A DNA stretch of 56,635 nt, counting the filler, from Dugesia japonica (taxonomy: Eukaryota), in the NCBI GenBank assembly GCA_001938525.1. It is 5 parts of 5 records of this genome, joined end to end, with 100 filler letters (N's around TTAATTAATTAA, not from the genome) between each part and the next. Parts side by side here need not be neighbours in the genome. Positions count along the whole stretch, not along the records: positions 20,610 to 37,627 come from MQRL01606560.1; positions 37,728 to 46,199 come from MQRL01261468.1; 3 more parts are not named here. One strand, written 5' to 3'. Below are positions 26,614-38,768 of the stretch, one piece after another. Under the pieces are notes generated by a model, which saw only the letters and a list, made by a program, of their open reading frames with translations, was not told the DNA's origin and ran no database searches. Within the stretch, counting starts at the first letter, position 1, and each line of letters begins with the position of its first letter. The position numbers and the translations under genes are program-made.

Positions 26614-26756
26614 GCACCCTATACAAAATTTGTTAAAATTCTATATCATTATTTATATATATTTTTCTTTATATTATAAGCTACTAATACATGTGGCAGT
26701 ATATAGGACTAGTCAGTCCTTAAAATCAAAAATTAATTATTACATTTTTTTTAGAA

Positions 26757-28926
26757 ATAACACTTCAAAAAAAGATATCAGAAACAAGCCAGATCAATCA
26801 ATACATTATAATATATAACAGACAAATCACAAAATACCATTCCTTTACATATTACATAATGCAGTCAAAACAGCACGTTACACACATTCAACAATCGAAT
26901 AATAATATACAGAAAACACATCAATACAAGCAAGCAGAACATAACATAACAAGAAAAGATAACAAAAATAGCGAATTAACACAGTCAATGCACAATAAAT
27001 CTACACACTCGGCAAACATTCCTTCATCCTCATCCTTAGTCACAAAAGGTGTCGCGCATTTTTATAACCATATACAAAGTTTTGTATTCAAAGATAAAGA
27101 TAGTGAACCTAGGATAGAAGTTTTTAATGGTGTAAATACAATCCCGAATGTCTTAAAGAACAACACTTTTGATAAAGACATCATTGTGATAAGATTTCAG
27201 AAAGCTCAGAGATACTCACTACAACAATTTATAGGATATATAGAAATAGAGGAAGATCCAAAAGAAGCACTATTAAATGGCAAACGATTACTTAAAGAAA
27301 TTAGATTACATGTTACAAAAACTCCTATTAGATTCTCGTAGAAAAAAAGAGATATACATATGCTGGCAAACAACACACTGATATTAGAGGGAAAAATAGA
27401 TCCAGGAGTAAATAAAATAAAAGTTGCAATACAGGATATTCCAGCCGTTCTTTGTGTAGAGTTAATTTATCATGATCGTATTTCTGCACCTTTTTCTACA
27501 TATACTGCTATAAAAGGGCATTGCGTGGTAATTTATATAGATCTGATTAACCATACATCGTTCCTCAAATATGCAATCTTAACAGAAAATGATATAGAAC
27601 AATTAATAGTATATGTAGATATGATAACAGTCAAGGATTCATATTTTAATTTGCAAGTGGTAGAGTTGACTATATTAAATAATAAAGGAGAGATTATATT
27701 GGATGAAACCCTATGTCTACGAGAAAGGATAAAGCATTTTGACACGCCAAGTACAGGGTATACCCATGAAAAGATAAAGAAATGTAAAGATGCATATCCT
27801 ATAGTTCTGAAAGCACGGCAGTTATTGTATGGGAAAATACTAGTCGGTTTTGAATTAGGAAATAAACTAACGAGTTTGCACATTAACCACAGACATGTTA
27901 TTGGTATCAGAGATCTTGCGGAAGACATATGGCGTAAGATGTATACTCCGAATGTAAAGAAGTTGAAATTGATCAACNTTATGGAAGCAGTATTTAAACC
28001 CATAAGGCAAGATAGGGTCATCAGAGATATGTTGAAAAACAGCGAGAGAAAAAGCGCAGGAATCGACAGCAAAACGAATAACATTCATAAAGATTACATA
28101 CAAACAAATAATTACTCAACAACCATGGCACGATTCTATATATCCTGGTAATAACCCGGTTATGAAAAGTATAGAAAATAATGCTGCAATATTGCAAGAA
28201 GTCATGACTAGAGAAAAGGAGAAACCAGACAGTGTAATATGGATATTAGATTCTGAACAAGATTCAGATATGGAAGAGAATGGAGAAGAGACAGATAGAA
28301 GCACAGATAGTCAATCTAATATGAGTAGTGACATAAATATAGAGTGGGACGAGGAAGACTTACCAGAAGAACTTAGACCGCATAACGACACTGGTGAGCA
28401 GCAGAGATTGATTGATGACATAATGCGACAAAGTCCTAAAGAGATACAAACAGATATGGACGCATCTGAGGATGACGAAATCCCAGAACGGACAATGTCA
28501 CAGAGAGAACAAAAGGAGTCTGGAAGTGAAACTGAATACTGGTCAGGTGAAGAAGTGGAAGATCTTAGGTTGAATCAAGTAAGAGGAGATTGCGAGTTGA
28601 TACCGTATCATACGGATAGCGACAGTGATGACCTCAGTCCTGAACCACAAATTGATATATACGAACCTGGTACGGACACAATCAATTTGAATAGAGCCCT
28701 CAAAATAGATAAGTTCGATGGAAATATTAACAATGCAAAAATAACTTTGAAAAGAATATCGGGTAAAGATATGCAATTACAGTTTGGAAAGAAACACATT
28801 AGATTAACAACCATTAAGGAGGATAGTAAGAAGACATTAAAATTTATTGTTGAAAATGTTTTGCTTAACACCATCGCTGTCACGAAAAAAGGTGCCGTAC
28901 TTACACTTTCAGTTAACAATGATTAA
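26757..28926 (+). pseudogene. ~720-codon accessory ORF with a REX4/ISG20-like DEDDh exonuclease-fold domain (~27600-28110) and an acidic linker
   Basis: IVYVDMITV..VVELTILNNKGEIILDE..IKHFDTPSTGYT..QLLYGKILVGFELGNKLTSLHINH..IRDLA follows the REX4 pattern; in-frame TAG at 27339 and a frameshift near 28050 link the three predicted ORFs. Confidence 0.7.
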
Positions 28927-29009
28927 CATAAAAAAGAAACTATCTATATTTATCTATTGTTATTATAGTATCTCTCTCTAACCCTATCATTAATATTGTA
29001 TATTTTAGA

Positions 29010-30324
29010 ATGAATCCCAGTTATCAATCACAACGATTGTTTTGTGTTACAGTCAGCACTTATAACTTTATATGAGAAACACCGGAACTTAACAAACCCT
29101 TACAATTATTGTTGGTCAGACATTGCACCAGTTACGTTACTTATCACAGATAAACCTATGTGTCCTTTATGTTACGACCAACCTATTTTACCTCGTATAG
29201 CACCATGTGGCCACTTCTTTTGTTTTGCTTGTATAACTGAATATTTTAATATAACCCACTCCGATAATTTACTTTGTCCTTCTTGAAGATCTCAACAAAT
29301 TTATGATACTAAATTACGTCGTGCAAATTTCTATTATGTTAAAAAACCTTCTGTTGGACAAATTGTCTCACTAAGCCTCATGGTTAAAATGCCGTGTAAC
29401 AATAGTACGCGCTTTGCCCATCTCACCACTTTTCTTGAACAAAAAGACATTCCTGATTGTTACGATCCTGTCAGCGAATTCCAAGACATCTCCACCCAGC
29501 ATGATTCCTTAACAATGAAACAAATTAACAATGACATTCGGACAGTCAGTTATGGTCAGTTTTCGAAAAAACAAAAACATCAGTTAATAAAAATATTGAA
29601 GGCTGAAAGAACACATTTTACGTTCCACATTAAAATATTAGATAAGCTTCAGTATGAGAAGACATTCACAGAAAAAACCATGGATGCTGCCAAATTTAAC
29701 CTTTTAGTACAGCATACTACCTTGCAAATTACTATCTTTGTGTATCAGTCTGCCGCATTCCATCGAAAATTTCTCAATGAAAAACAGAAGACACGATTTC
29801 TTAATAATCAGCCGGACAGTACCCCGTTTTGCATAAGTGGATATATTACAACAATAGATTCGATTATAGTTGATCATGAGAACCTATAAAATTTTCAATA
29901 CCATTTTCTACCCGACCATACAAAAATCCGATCGCTGTCTATCACTATTAATACGATATCTATCCCTAAATCGCTTGGCCCATTAAGTTATTTGTATACT
30001 CACGCTAAAATAACGAGAATGGCAATAGAAAAACGCAATCCAGAATTACAAGCCATTGCGAGTGAAAGCAGAGCTAGAATAGGCCAGCCTGCCAGAATAC
30101 TTACCCGTCAATCTAAAGAAAGTGCTATAGATATTTTCTCCCGAAGTCCTTCTGTTTCCCCATCCTCCATAAATCCAGAAGCCGAATTCCCGGTATGTAT
30201 TTTCAATGAACCTTGTTCCAATAATACATTTTCACCGTATCACGATATTGTCCCTATTTCGCGTTTATCCAAAGATGACGGAGCATCTATTTCGGAGAGG
30301 GAACGTTTGTTGAGGTTTGACTGA
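29010..30324 (+). pseudogene. RNF10/Mag2-like C3HC4 RING E3 ubiquitin ligase, intronless, decayed
   Basis: CPLC..PRIAPCGHFFCFACI..CPS* RING; also RNF10-like flanks (W.DIAPVTL, VGQIVSLSLM, FVYQS..KFL, TPFCISGYITTID, YHFLPDHT); ORFs 29044, 29380 and 29992 share one frame, separated by single stops. Confidence 0.75.
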
Positions 30325-30627
30325 ATGTACAGGCATATACAAGNNNNNNNNNNNNNNNNNNNNNNNNNNNNNNNNNNNNNNNNNNNNNNNNNNNNNNNNN
30401 NNNNNNNNNNNNNNNNNNNNNNNNNNNNNNNNNNNNNNNNNNNNNNNNNNNNNNNNNNNNNNNNNNNNNNNNNNNNNNNNNNNNNNNNNNNNNNNNNNNC
30501 TGACATTATATTTTTATTTTAAATTGACATTATATTTTATTTTAATTATTTTATATGTTGAACTTGAAAATTTTTACCAAATTGAACTTTATTATTATCT
30601 AACAATTTTTCTTGGACTTTGTTATTA

Positions 30628-30722
30628 TGTAATTATTATCTGGATTTTATTATTTGAATGGCAAGTTTTATCTGTAATTATTATCTGGATTTTATTATTT
30701 GAATGGAAAGTTTTATCTGTAA
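30628..30722. repeat. 45-bp direct tandem duplication
   Basis: TGTAATTATTATCTGGATTTTATTATTTGAATGG(C/A)AAGTTTTATC x2. Confidence 0.9.
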
Positions 30723-31683
30723 GTAAATCTTTTTGATTTTTATAGAATAACAATTACTAGGTCAATGCATGAGGCCTAGTGTAAAATTGACTATAAATAC
30801 TGACGTATGTCAGTTTATTTTCAGACNNNNNNNNNNNNNNNNNNNNNNNNNNNNNNNNNNNNNNNNNNNNNNNNNNNNNNNNNNNNNNNNNNNNATATAT
30901 CCCTAATAAATATTTTAAAGGTGATTATTTATTTCATTTGTATAAGGAACTATACAATATATAACTCTATTTATATTTTTAGTAAATTATCATCTATATA
31001 ATATTTGTAGTTACATACGTTGCATAATAATATTTGAAAAGATAAAACATACACAATCATATAACTATTTTAATACGAACCATAAACTTTTGTTGAGTTA
31101 AATACCCAACAATTGCCATAATGTGAAGTCGCGTTCTTTGAGTCCGATACTTTGGTCTCGAAGCCTTGCATTTTTTTTGAAGTTATGGAATCTCGTGTTG
31201 CAATGCGTTTGTGTAACGCACGCCATTTTTTCATAAGATAGTTGGTTGTGGTATTTGATGAAGTAGATTTAAATGTTGACACTGAATTGAGAAATATTAT
31301 ATTATCAATGTTCACAAGTAACACAATATATATTTAATTCATTTTGAATTAGTTTAATTTTATAATGGTGATTTCTGATTTTATTAACTCGGACAAGACA
31401 TTCTTATTATCTCTTAGGTGGTTCTTAAAAATAAAATACGAAGATATTTCCACAGAGAACCTTTTATTGTACAGATACACATGATTTTAATGATCATTAA
31501 TACTGTTAAACGGCAGTTTCGGTGTGATTTATTTCTTCGTCCAATGCGGGTAGTATTTGCTGTAGTACAATTTCAATTCTTGCCGTCAATCTTTCACATT
31601 GCATTAAGTATTTATCGATTTCAATAGTTTTTATAATTACAATTATTGTGAGAATAATTGTTGGACTTAACCATTGATCGGAT

Positions 31684-31793
31684 TTGAGATTTCATTAAAA
31701 TAAGATAAAGCTTCAAAACAAAATTTATTTGAACTTTTTTACAAATAAATTTTGTTTTGATCGAAGCTTTATCTTATTTTAATGAGATTTCAA
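31684..31793. repeat. ~50-bp-arm inverted repeat (hairpin)
   Basis: Left arm 31684-31731, 10-nt loop, right arm 31742-31793; two mismatches and a 4-nt bulge. Confidence 0.9.
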
Positions 31794-32196
31794 TAGTCAT
31801 GAAATTAGTGCTTACTGTCAACTTTGTCTATTGTCGTAGATGGTTTCGAGATCGATCAAGCAGTTTTTTTAATTCACGCTCTCTTTCATTCTGCCATATG
31901 ACGACCACCCAAGGCTCTTTTGACGCTTTTGTTCCTGGGCGTCGAGGCGTTCCTGTAAGGCATTGAGCTCAACGAGATTCTCTAGGTGTTTCCGCTCTTG
32001 CAGCAATAGTTTCTCTTCTAAGGCTACAATCTGAATATCCTCTTGATTGAGTAGATCTATCGTTATTCTTTAATCAGCCTCATCAAACCCTAGCAAATCC
32101 CATAAGTTTTGCATCCGATTGATCAGGTTCGTAGTGAATTTCCATCTTTTCTCTTTAAGATATTTTTCCATTACTATGCATGATTTTTCTGGACAT
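31775..32196 (-). pseudogene. Coiled-coil pseudo-ORF, paralogue of 32446-33353
   Basis: RWKFTTNLINRMQNLWDLLGF..LEEKLLLQERKHLENLVELNALQERLDAQEQ..VVIWQNERERELKKLL. Confidence 0.6.
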
Positions 32197-32445
32197 CTGC
32201 ATATAAGAAATTAATTTAAGAACCAGCGACATTTTAAACGAAATTAGATAAAGACGTGGATAGTTCAAACGATTTGCAAGATTCTGAGAGTAAAAGAATA
32301 AAGCGGGTCTTTGAGGAGGTGCCAAAGGGTTGAATGGTTCGTGTTTTGATTTGTCTGAACTGCAAGGTGCCGCGCTTAAATGAATAACTATGAAAAATAT
32401 TTTGATTATATGTATTAGTAATATGTTATGATCAGAGATTGATCA

Positions 32446-33353
32446 TTGTCACGCCCGATCAAGTTAAGAGAAGCCGAAGAGAGTATGAGCAACGACGGTT
32501 AGAAGTTTCAGACCAATGCAGCAAATGATATGCTTAATTTGTGGGACTCACTAGGGTTGAAAGATACCGATACCGATCCATGATTGATTATTCAGGATAA
32601 GCTGAAACAGAAGGATGAGTATATTCGCACATTGAAAGAAAAGATAACCAGACAGGAGCGACAACATGTAGATAAATTGGAACAACTCGATAATTTGCAG
32701 AAACGCATGAATAATCTGGAACAACTATATGATTAACATCTGACAACTCTCGTGATAACGCAAGAGGAATGTGAAAAGGAATTAGTAAGGTTGTTTATCC
32801 TGACTATGGAAGTCTCCAAGCATCAACAACATTTAATAAAGACAACGAGAGCCACTCAACTCGAATCCGAGGAATGCACAAAATTATCCGAAAATTTATC
32901 CACAAAGATCGAGACGACGCTCCAACAGATACTTCTTCCTCTGGATGATGGCATTATTACTATCGAAACAACAATGTGACTGTGTAAATATTCAAGTGTT
33001 TACCAATGGATTAACTGGATACTTTTGATTCAGTGTATAATGCCAGGAAAATAACGGCCAATACATCTCTGACGGATTTGCGTAAGAAATGGAGCTTCTT
33101 AGACAGGAAACTTCAAAATGAAATAACGGAGCTCTAGCACAAAAACAGCATGCTCCAAGAAAAGAACACTCAGCTAAAGGAACATGATCTTGCTCTATCG
33201 CAAACGTGCCGCATGATAGCTGATATCAATAAGACATAAACCAATCGAAAAAACATACTGATAGTAATGATGCGAACCATAACACAGACATCGAGGAAGG
33301 AGAAGGAGATTCTGAAGGAAATAGCAAAGGAAGTAATCGATTTGGATGAATAA
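32446..33353 (+). pseudogene. ~300-codon coiled-coil pseudo-ORF
   Basis: G*KFQTNAANDMLNLWDSLGL..LKEKITRQERQHVDKLEQLDNLQKRMNNLEQ..LVITQEECEKELVRLF; several stops and one frameshift. Confidence 0.6.
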
Positions 33354-34893
33354 TGAATTGTTTTTATAAATAGAAATCTTATTATCCAAAGATGTTCAAG
33401 TTTTGTCACTGTGGAGATTCATAACAAGGGTGAAATAAAACAGTAACTATAGCCAAGTAAATCGACATTGAAACTGAGACTGGTTACCTCATAGTCCTGC
33501 TTTGTCCAATTTCTGCCAGCTTCGGGGTATCTACAACTAGCAGACGCCAACACAAAGAAGAACAATATCAGTAAGAACAATTGCGAAGAAGAAAAAAAAC
33601 GTCTATCAAAAGGAAGAAGATAATAACATAAAAAACTTCGAAGCCAAACCCTATTTATAATAAATTTTACTTATCATGAGCGTTGTTATGTTAATTCTTA
33701 CCCTCGTAACTTATCAAATTATTTTATTGTTGTCATTATTATTGGGGTTTCCTAACATTCCGCATAATAAATTAATAATTGATATGAACTATAGGATATA
33801 TAAGTACCAGTTTCCGAGGAATCGGTTATTAGTTTTAATCTCTTTTTATGTGGTAAATTATTAGGTTTCTAGCTTATAAATAATGACGTTCTTTCTACTA
33901 CCATTTACTATAAAATAAATTAGCAAAAAATATTATTTCCACTACAACGAATAATTCAATAATTAATCAAAAGGATGGCCACAGGAACTCCAAAAACTTC
34001 CAGAAAAGTTAACATAATAAGTTCAAATTTGACTTCTAAGCAGCTGAGTACTCTAGATAATTAATCAAAATAAAATTATCCCTTAACGATTCTTAATTTA
34101 GCGACTAACTCAGCAAAGTTGATAATTTTCATAAATTACAATTAAAACACCACCAACCAAAATAAGAAAAATCAATAAAAATCAATTATTAAGTGACGGA
34201 TAAGTTTATTTAAAGTAATACAAAGAATTTGCAATGTACTCCAAGTATTTCCCTTAAAAAATAATATTCACAGAAGCAGGAAATTAGATCTTGATAAATT
34301 TGTTATATATTATGTGGATAATCAGTTGTTATTTGTCATACCTTTTTATTATCGATAAAATATACTTCATAATAAAATTATCCACACTACATACACATAC
34401 ACCCCAAGTGCCCATACTAGAACATTTTTTTATTGGTGACTCTCTTGGGCCTACAAATTCTTCTTCAAATAAAACTAATAAATAAAATAATAATAATATT
34501 CAAATTAAAATAAGTAGAGGTATAAATTATTAGAAAAATTTTAAAATACGTTATTTAAGGTACTCCTGTACATCCCAGTTAATTTTTCAAATTATTAATC
34601 GCTTGTATTTCTTCTGTTACCTTGTTTCGGATTTTTAATTATTCATTGTCTTTAATGTTACCTTAAAATTATTGCTTATAAAAATATCGACAAAGAAAAT
34701 TAAAAGGACACAATTTAGATTTCTTTAGATAAAGAAACTATTGAGAATGAAGATACATAACAATTTATAAACATTGTTTAATTAATTACTTTCAAAGAAA
34801 ATTTAATTCTCATCACTAGATTTTTTATAAAAATAAAACTACATTACTATTATAAACTACATATTTTCATTTCAGCAAAATATGTTTATTTCC

Positions 34894-35545
34894 TTAATCA
34901 ATCATAGTCATGTTGGTTTCAGGTGGATCAACTTCCATCTGCATAAGATCAGCATTTCTGGGAATTCCAATAATCACCGCAATAATTATTGTAGAAATGT
35001 AAAAAATGCAAAACAATCTATCCAACACCAAGCCTAAAGTTCTCCATTCCATTGTTAATTGGTTTTTTCGTTGAGCTTCTTTTTGTTTTCCAATATATTT
35101 TCGTACGTAACGAGAAATTTCCATAACATCTTTCTCTATTGAACTAGTACCACCACACACCATAATAGGAGAATCTTGAGAATTTGATACTCCTTGATTT
35201 TGTGCACCATTAATACCAATACTGGGTTTACTGTGAGACACAGATCTATGTCCATTGTTACGAGAATATTTTTGATTACCATTCTAAATGAAAAATATAA
35301 TAAATATAAAACTTAGAGTTTTTCTTTCTAAAATTTACGTTTTGAGGTAAAGATATTTCTTCTACTTGAGGAACATCAGACGCCATAAACTTATTACTAA
35401 CCAATTCAGGTACGTGTAATTTATGTTGTAATCTACCAGCTGGAGATTGAGTGACGAATATATTCCGATTACTAGGCGGTTGTGGAGGTGGAAGTGGAAT
35501 AAATTGACTAACAAATAGAAGACGTCCGATATTATCAATCATTAT
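34894..35545 (-). CDS. Nicotinic acetylcholine receptor (Cys-loop) subunit, last two exons (35545-35339, 35283-34894)
   Basis: MA-M4 signature MEWRTLGLVLDRLFCIFYISTIIIAVIIGIP; 55-bp GTAAAT..TTTAG phase-0 intron; upstream exons not found in the scaffold. Confidence 0.85.
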
Positions 35546-35705
35546 CTAGAATGGAAATAAAAATATTATTTTGCTCAAATACATGATTTCTTGATAGAAT
35601 TCCTTGATGACTATTTAAAATCTAAAAAATGGTTTTGATTTTGCACCCAGAATTTCGAAATTTACAATTAAAATATTAAATAATTTTTAAAAGATAAAGC
35701 AGTTT

Positions 35706-35900
35706 TATTAGGTTGTCCAGAAATTTCTTTCGGTTTTTTTACTATGAAATAAAAACTAATTTTTGAACACAGAAACTTTTTATTCTACAACCTATTGGTA
35801 ATTACTATCGGCAATTTATTGTCATCTTTTAGTTAATATCATTAATCCTTTTCATAAAATTTCTGATTTTGTTCAGCAAAATATGCTTCCAGGTACCGTA
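35706..35900 (-). mobile_element. mariner 3' end with TIR
   Basis: TA+TTAGGTTGTCCAGAAAT terminus; YLEAYFAEQNQKFYEK..LTKR*Q*I resembles a mariner C-terminus. Confidence 0.65.
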
Positions 35901-35999
35901 ATTCTCGGGTTATAAGTCACACAAAAAGTATATTGAAATTTAATTAACTTAATTAATAAAACCCATAAAAATTTTGATATTCGGTATCACTATGGAATA

Positions 36000-37470
36000 A
36001 CTGACATATTTCTTGTGCCAACTCATTTTTCTCTTTATCCGCGTTACTTGAGGTTTCAAAATCTTAGTAACTGTAATAATCATCATCGCTTTTATCTATA
36101 CCTTTTGAAATTCCCATTTTTATGAATCCTAATTTAATTATTTGCTCACTAATTCTGTCCCAGGCTGTTTTAACCTACTCAGATACTTCTTTAAAAGTTT
36201 CGTGCCGCATTCGACCAGTTTTTGTAAAACTGTGTTCACCATCTGTCATCCAATTTCCCCATAGTTAACGTAAAATACCTTTGAAAGTTTGATTTACAGA
36301 AATATCTGAATTGCTGTAGCATTTCAGTCATGCCTCCAAGAATAATAATTGGTAAAGTGTTTATAGATTATATCTTATTCTTTATTCGTTCTGATAAATG
36401 TGCCTGCATACTATCCATTACCAACAACGCCTTTTGTCTTTAAAAAAATCCATAAGGGCGTCTAGCCATTTTTCCATAATATGTTTATCAATCCATCCTT
36501 AAAAATCACGCTTAATAATCAGCATAGGAGGAAGCTTCTTAAAACTTGCACAACAATAAAATAAGTTTTTTTTTAATTTTTAACGATTGATCGATGGAAA
36601 TAAAAAATTAAATATTTTCAAAATTACGAAAATAAACTAAGGCGTAGATTNAAAAAGTTTCTTTTTAAAATTTTTATTAAAATAACAAAAACTTTTTCAA
36701 AAAACGTTTTTTATTTTTTCAAAATTTTCGATTTTTTCTTCTTCAGGAATTGTGTCTTCTTTTGCATTCATTGATAAAATTGATATGTTTTCTTGTTTTA
36801 CAAATTTTCATACCATTGAATAAATCCGTTCTTTCTCGGTTGATAGCACCAGTCATTGAATTATTTTATTTATTGTGAAAATTACACTTTGTGTAATTAT
36901 TCACTTTTTTAAAATTTTTAACCATTGATCTGTGAAATAAAAAATTAAATATTTTCAAAATTACGAAATTAAACTAAGGCGTAGATAAAAAAACGTTTCA
37001 AAAAAATGTTTCTTTTTAAAATTTTTTTCATGGAACTTCATCCATATTAATTATAAATACCGGAGTAGCATCAAACTCAACTATTTTGACAGTAACAAAT
37101 TTTTTAAAAATTTCAACTTTCACTACATCTGTAACACCACGAATGACCTCCAATAAAATTATCAATCTTCATTTCCTTTACCAAATCTTGTGCTTTTGAT
37201 CTTATTTTAATTGTTGAAAGTCCTCGACCTCTAGTCTTCGGGCTATTACAAAATCAAGTAATATCTTTTCTAATTCAGGTCATTTTACGTTCCTCCCACG
37301 ATTAGCTTTTTTGTCCCTTTTCATTATCGAAATAGTATCCTTGTTCTTTCTTTAATTTCTAACTAGTTTTTCATTCACTTTAAAGTTTCTTTCAGTAGCT
37401 CTGTTACGATGGTTTCAGCATATTTTATTGTTTTTGATTTGAATTCAGCAGTATAGGAGTTTTGTTTCAT
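36000..37470 (-). mobile_element. pogo-family transposase (BrkDBD + CENP-B HTH + DDE), decayed and internally interrupted
   Basis: MKQNSYTAEFK..IKYAE..NRATERNFKVNEKLVR; LLVMDSMQAHL; DISVNQTFKGILR*LWGNWMTDGEHSFTKTGRMR. Confidence 0.85.
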
Positions 37471-37627
37471 GGAGGTTTCTTACCTGATTAATTATCAATC
37501 TATAATTAATTACTAGTTTGGCATAATATTACTTTTTTAAGATTCTTTGATTATATAAACAATAAATAAATAAGATTATTAACATCAATATGTTTTTTTA
37601 TTAAATATACAAAATTTTTTATAATTT

Positions 37628-37727
37628 NNNNNNNNNNNNNNNNNNNNNNNNNNNNNNNNNNNNNNNNNNNNTTAATTAATTAANNNNNNNNNNNNNNNNN
37701 NNNNNNNNNNNNNNNNNNNNNNNNNNN
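37628..37727. other. Artificial scaffold-joining spacer
   Basis: 44N + TTAATTAATTAA + 44N. Confidence 0.97.
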
Positions 37728-38768
37728 ATTTATTTTATTTGACGTATTATAAAACTTGTAATTATATGAACTCATTTTCGATAAACTAGTCGGGAATCAT
37801 TTTCCTTTACCATGTGTCGATTATGATTTGATAAAATCCACACTATTGGAAAAGATTCATAAATAATTTTAATTCAATTCAATAATTACAGTGCAGTCTC
37901 GTTAACCTGCGGTCACTGGGGTCCATGATCTGCCCCCTTGGGTTAAGTAAAGCGCGAGTTATATTTGTCATCATCCTAAATAATGGANNNNNNNNNNNNN
38001 NNNNNNNNNNNNNNNNNNNNNNNNNNNNNNNNNNNNNNNNNNNNNNNNNNNNNNNNNNNNNNNNNNNNNNNNNNNNNNNNNNNNNNNNNNNNNNNNNNNN
38101 NNNNNNNNNNNNNNNNNNNNNNNNNNNNNNNNNNNNNNNNNNNNNNNNNNNNNNNNNNNNNNNNNNNNNNNNNNNNNNNNNNNNNNNNNNNNNNNNNNNN
38201 NNNNNNNNNNNNNNNNNNNNNNNNNNNGGACTGCACTGTATTAGGTTATTTTTATTGTTTTTAAATTTCTAGTTTAACGATTTCTACTTAATGTTACTCG
38301 TTTATATTTTACAAACTAATTAATTTATATTTAATTCACTTTAACTTTTATCTAAACTTTTATATAACTTCCAAATAGTTGTTATTTGAATATTTACTTT
38401 TAATTTACTAGAAATCTGTATTTTATTCAATTAAAATTAAAATTTATACGTTGATTTCTCGTGTTAGTATGTCAAAGTTTTTTCTTGTTTCGCTAATTTT
38501 CATTAATATTGTAAAAAAAAATAAGAGAAAAAATAATTAACATAAATTAAAAAATGGAAAATAATTTGGAAAATTTTATTAAATTTATAATGTTAAAAAA
38601 CATTATAAATATTATTACTGAATAATAAAATAATATTATCAACCAAATTTTAAAAATTCGAATTTAAATTTCAAATTTCAAACTGAACTATGGTGATTTA
38701 AATCAATATCATTTTCATTAATTCAACAACAAGGAAAAATATCAGTCGATTGAGTACCATCAAACATT

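Larger units (their letters stand above)
20610..30324 (+). mobile_element. Large envelope-bearing Ty3/Gypsy (Metaviridae) retroelement, decayed, 5'-truncated by the scaffold edge
   Basis: Co-oriented intronless series: glycoprotein, PR, RT, RNaseH, IN (Gypsy order), membrane protein, exonuclease-domain ORF, RING ligase, all with scattered stops and frameshifts; no gag or LTR visible in this scaffold. Confidence 0.85.

Noticed and set aside
30326-30343. TGTACAGG as the start of the element's 3' LTR
   Set aside because: No convincing adjacent polypurine tract, it runs into a gap, and there is no 5' LTR for comparison
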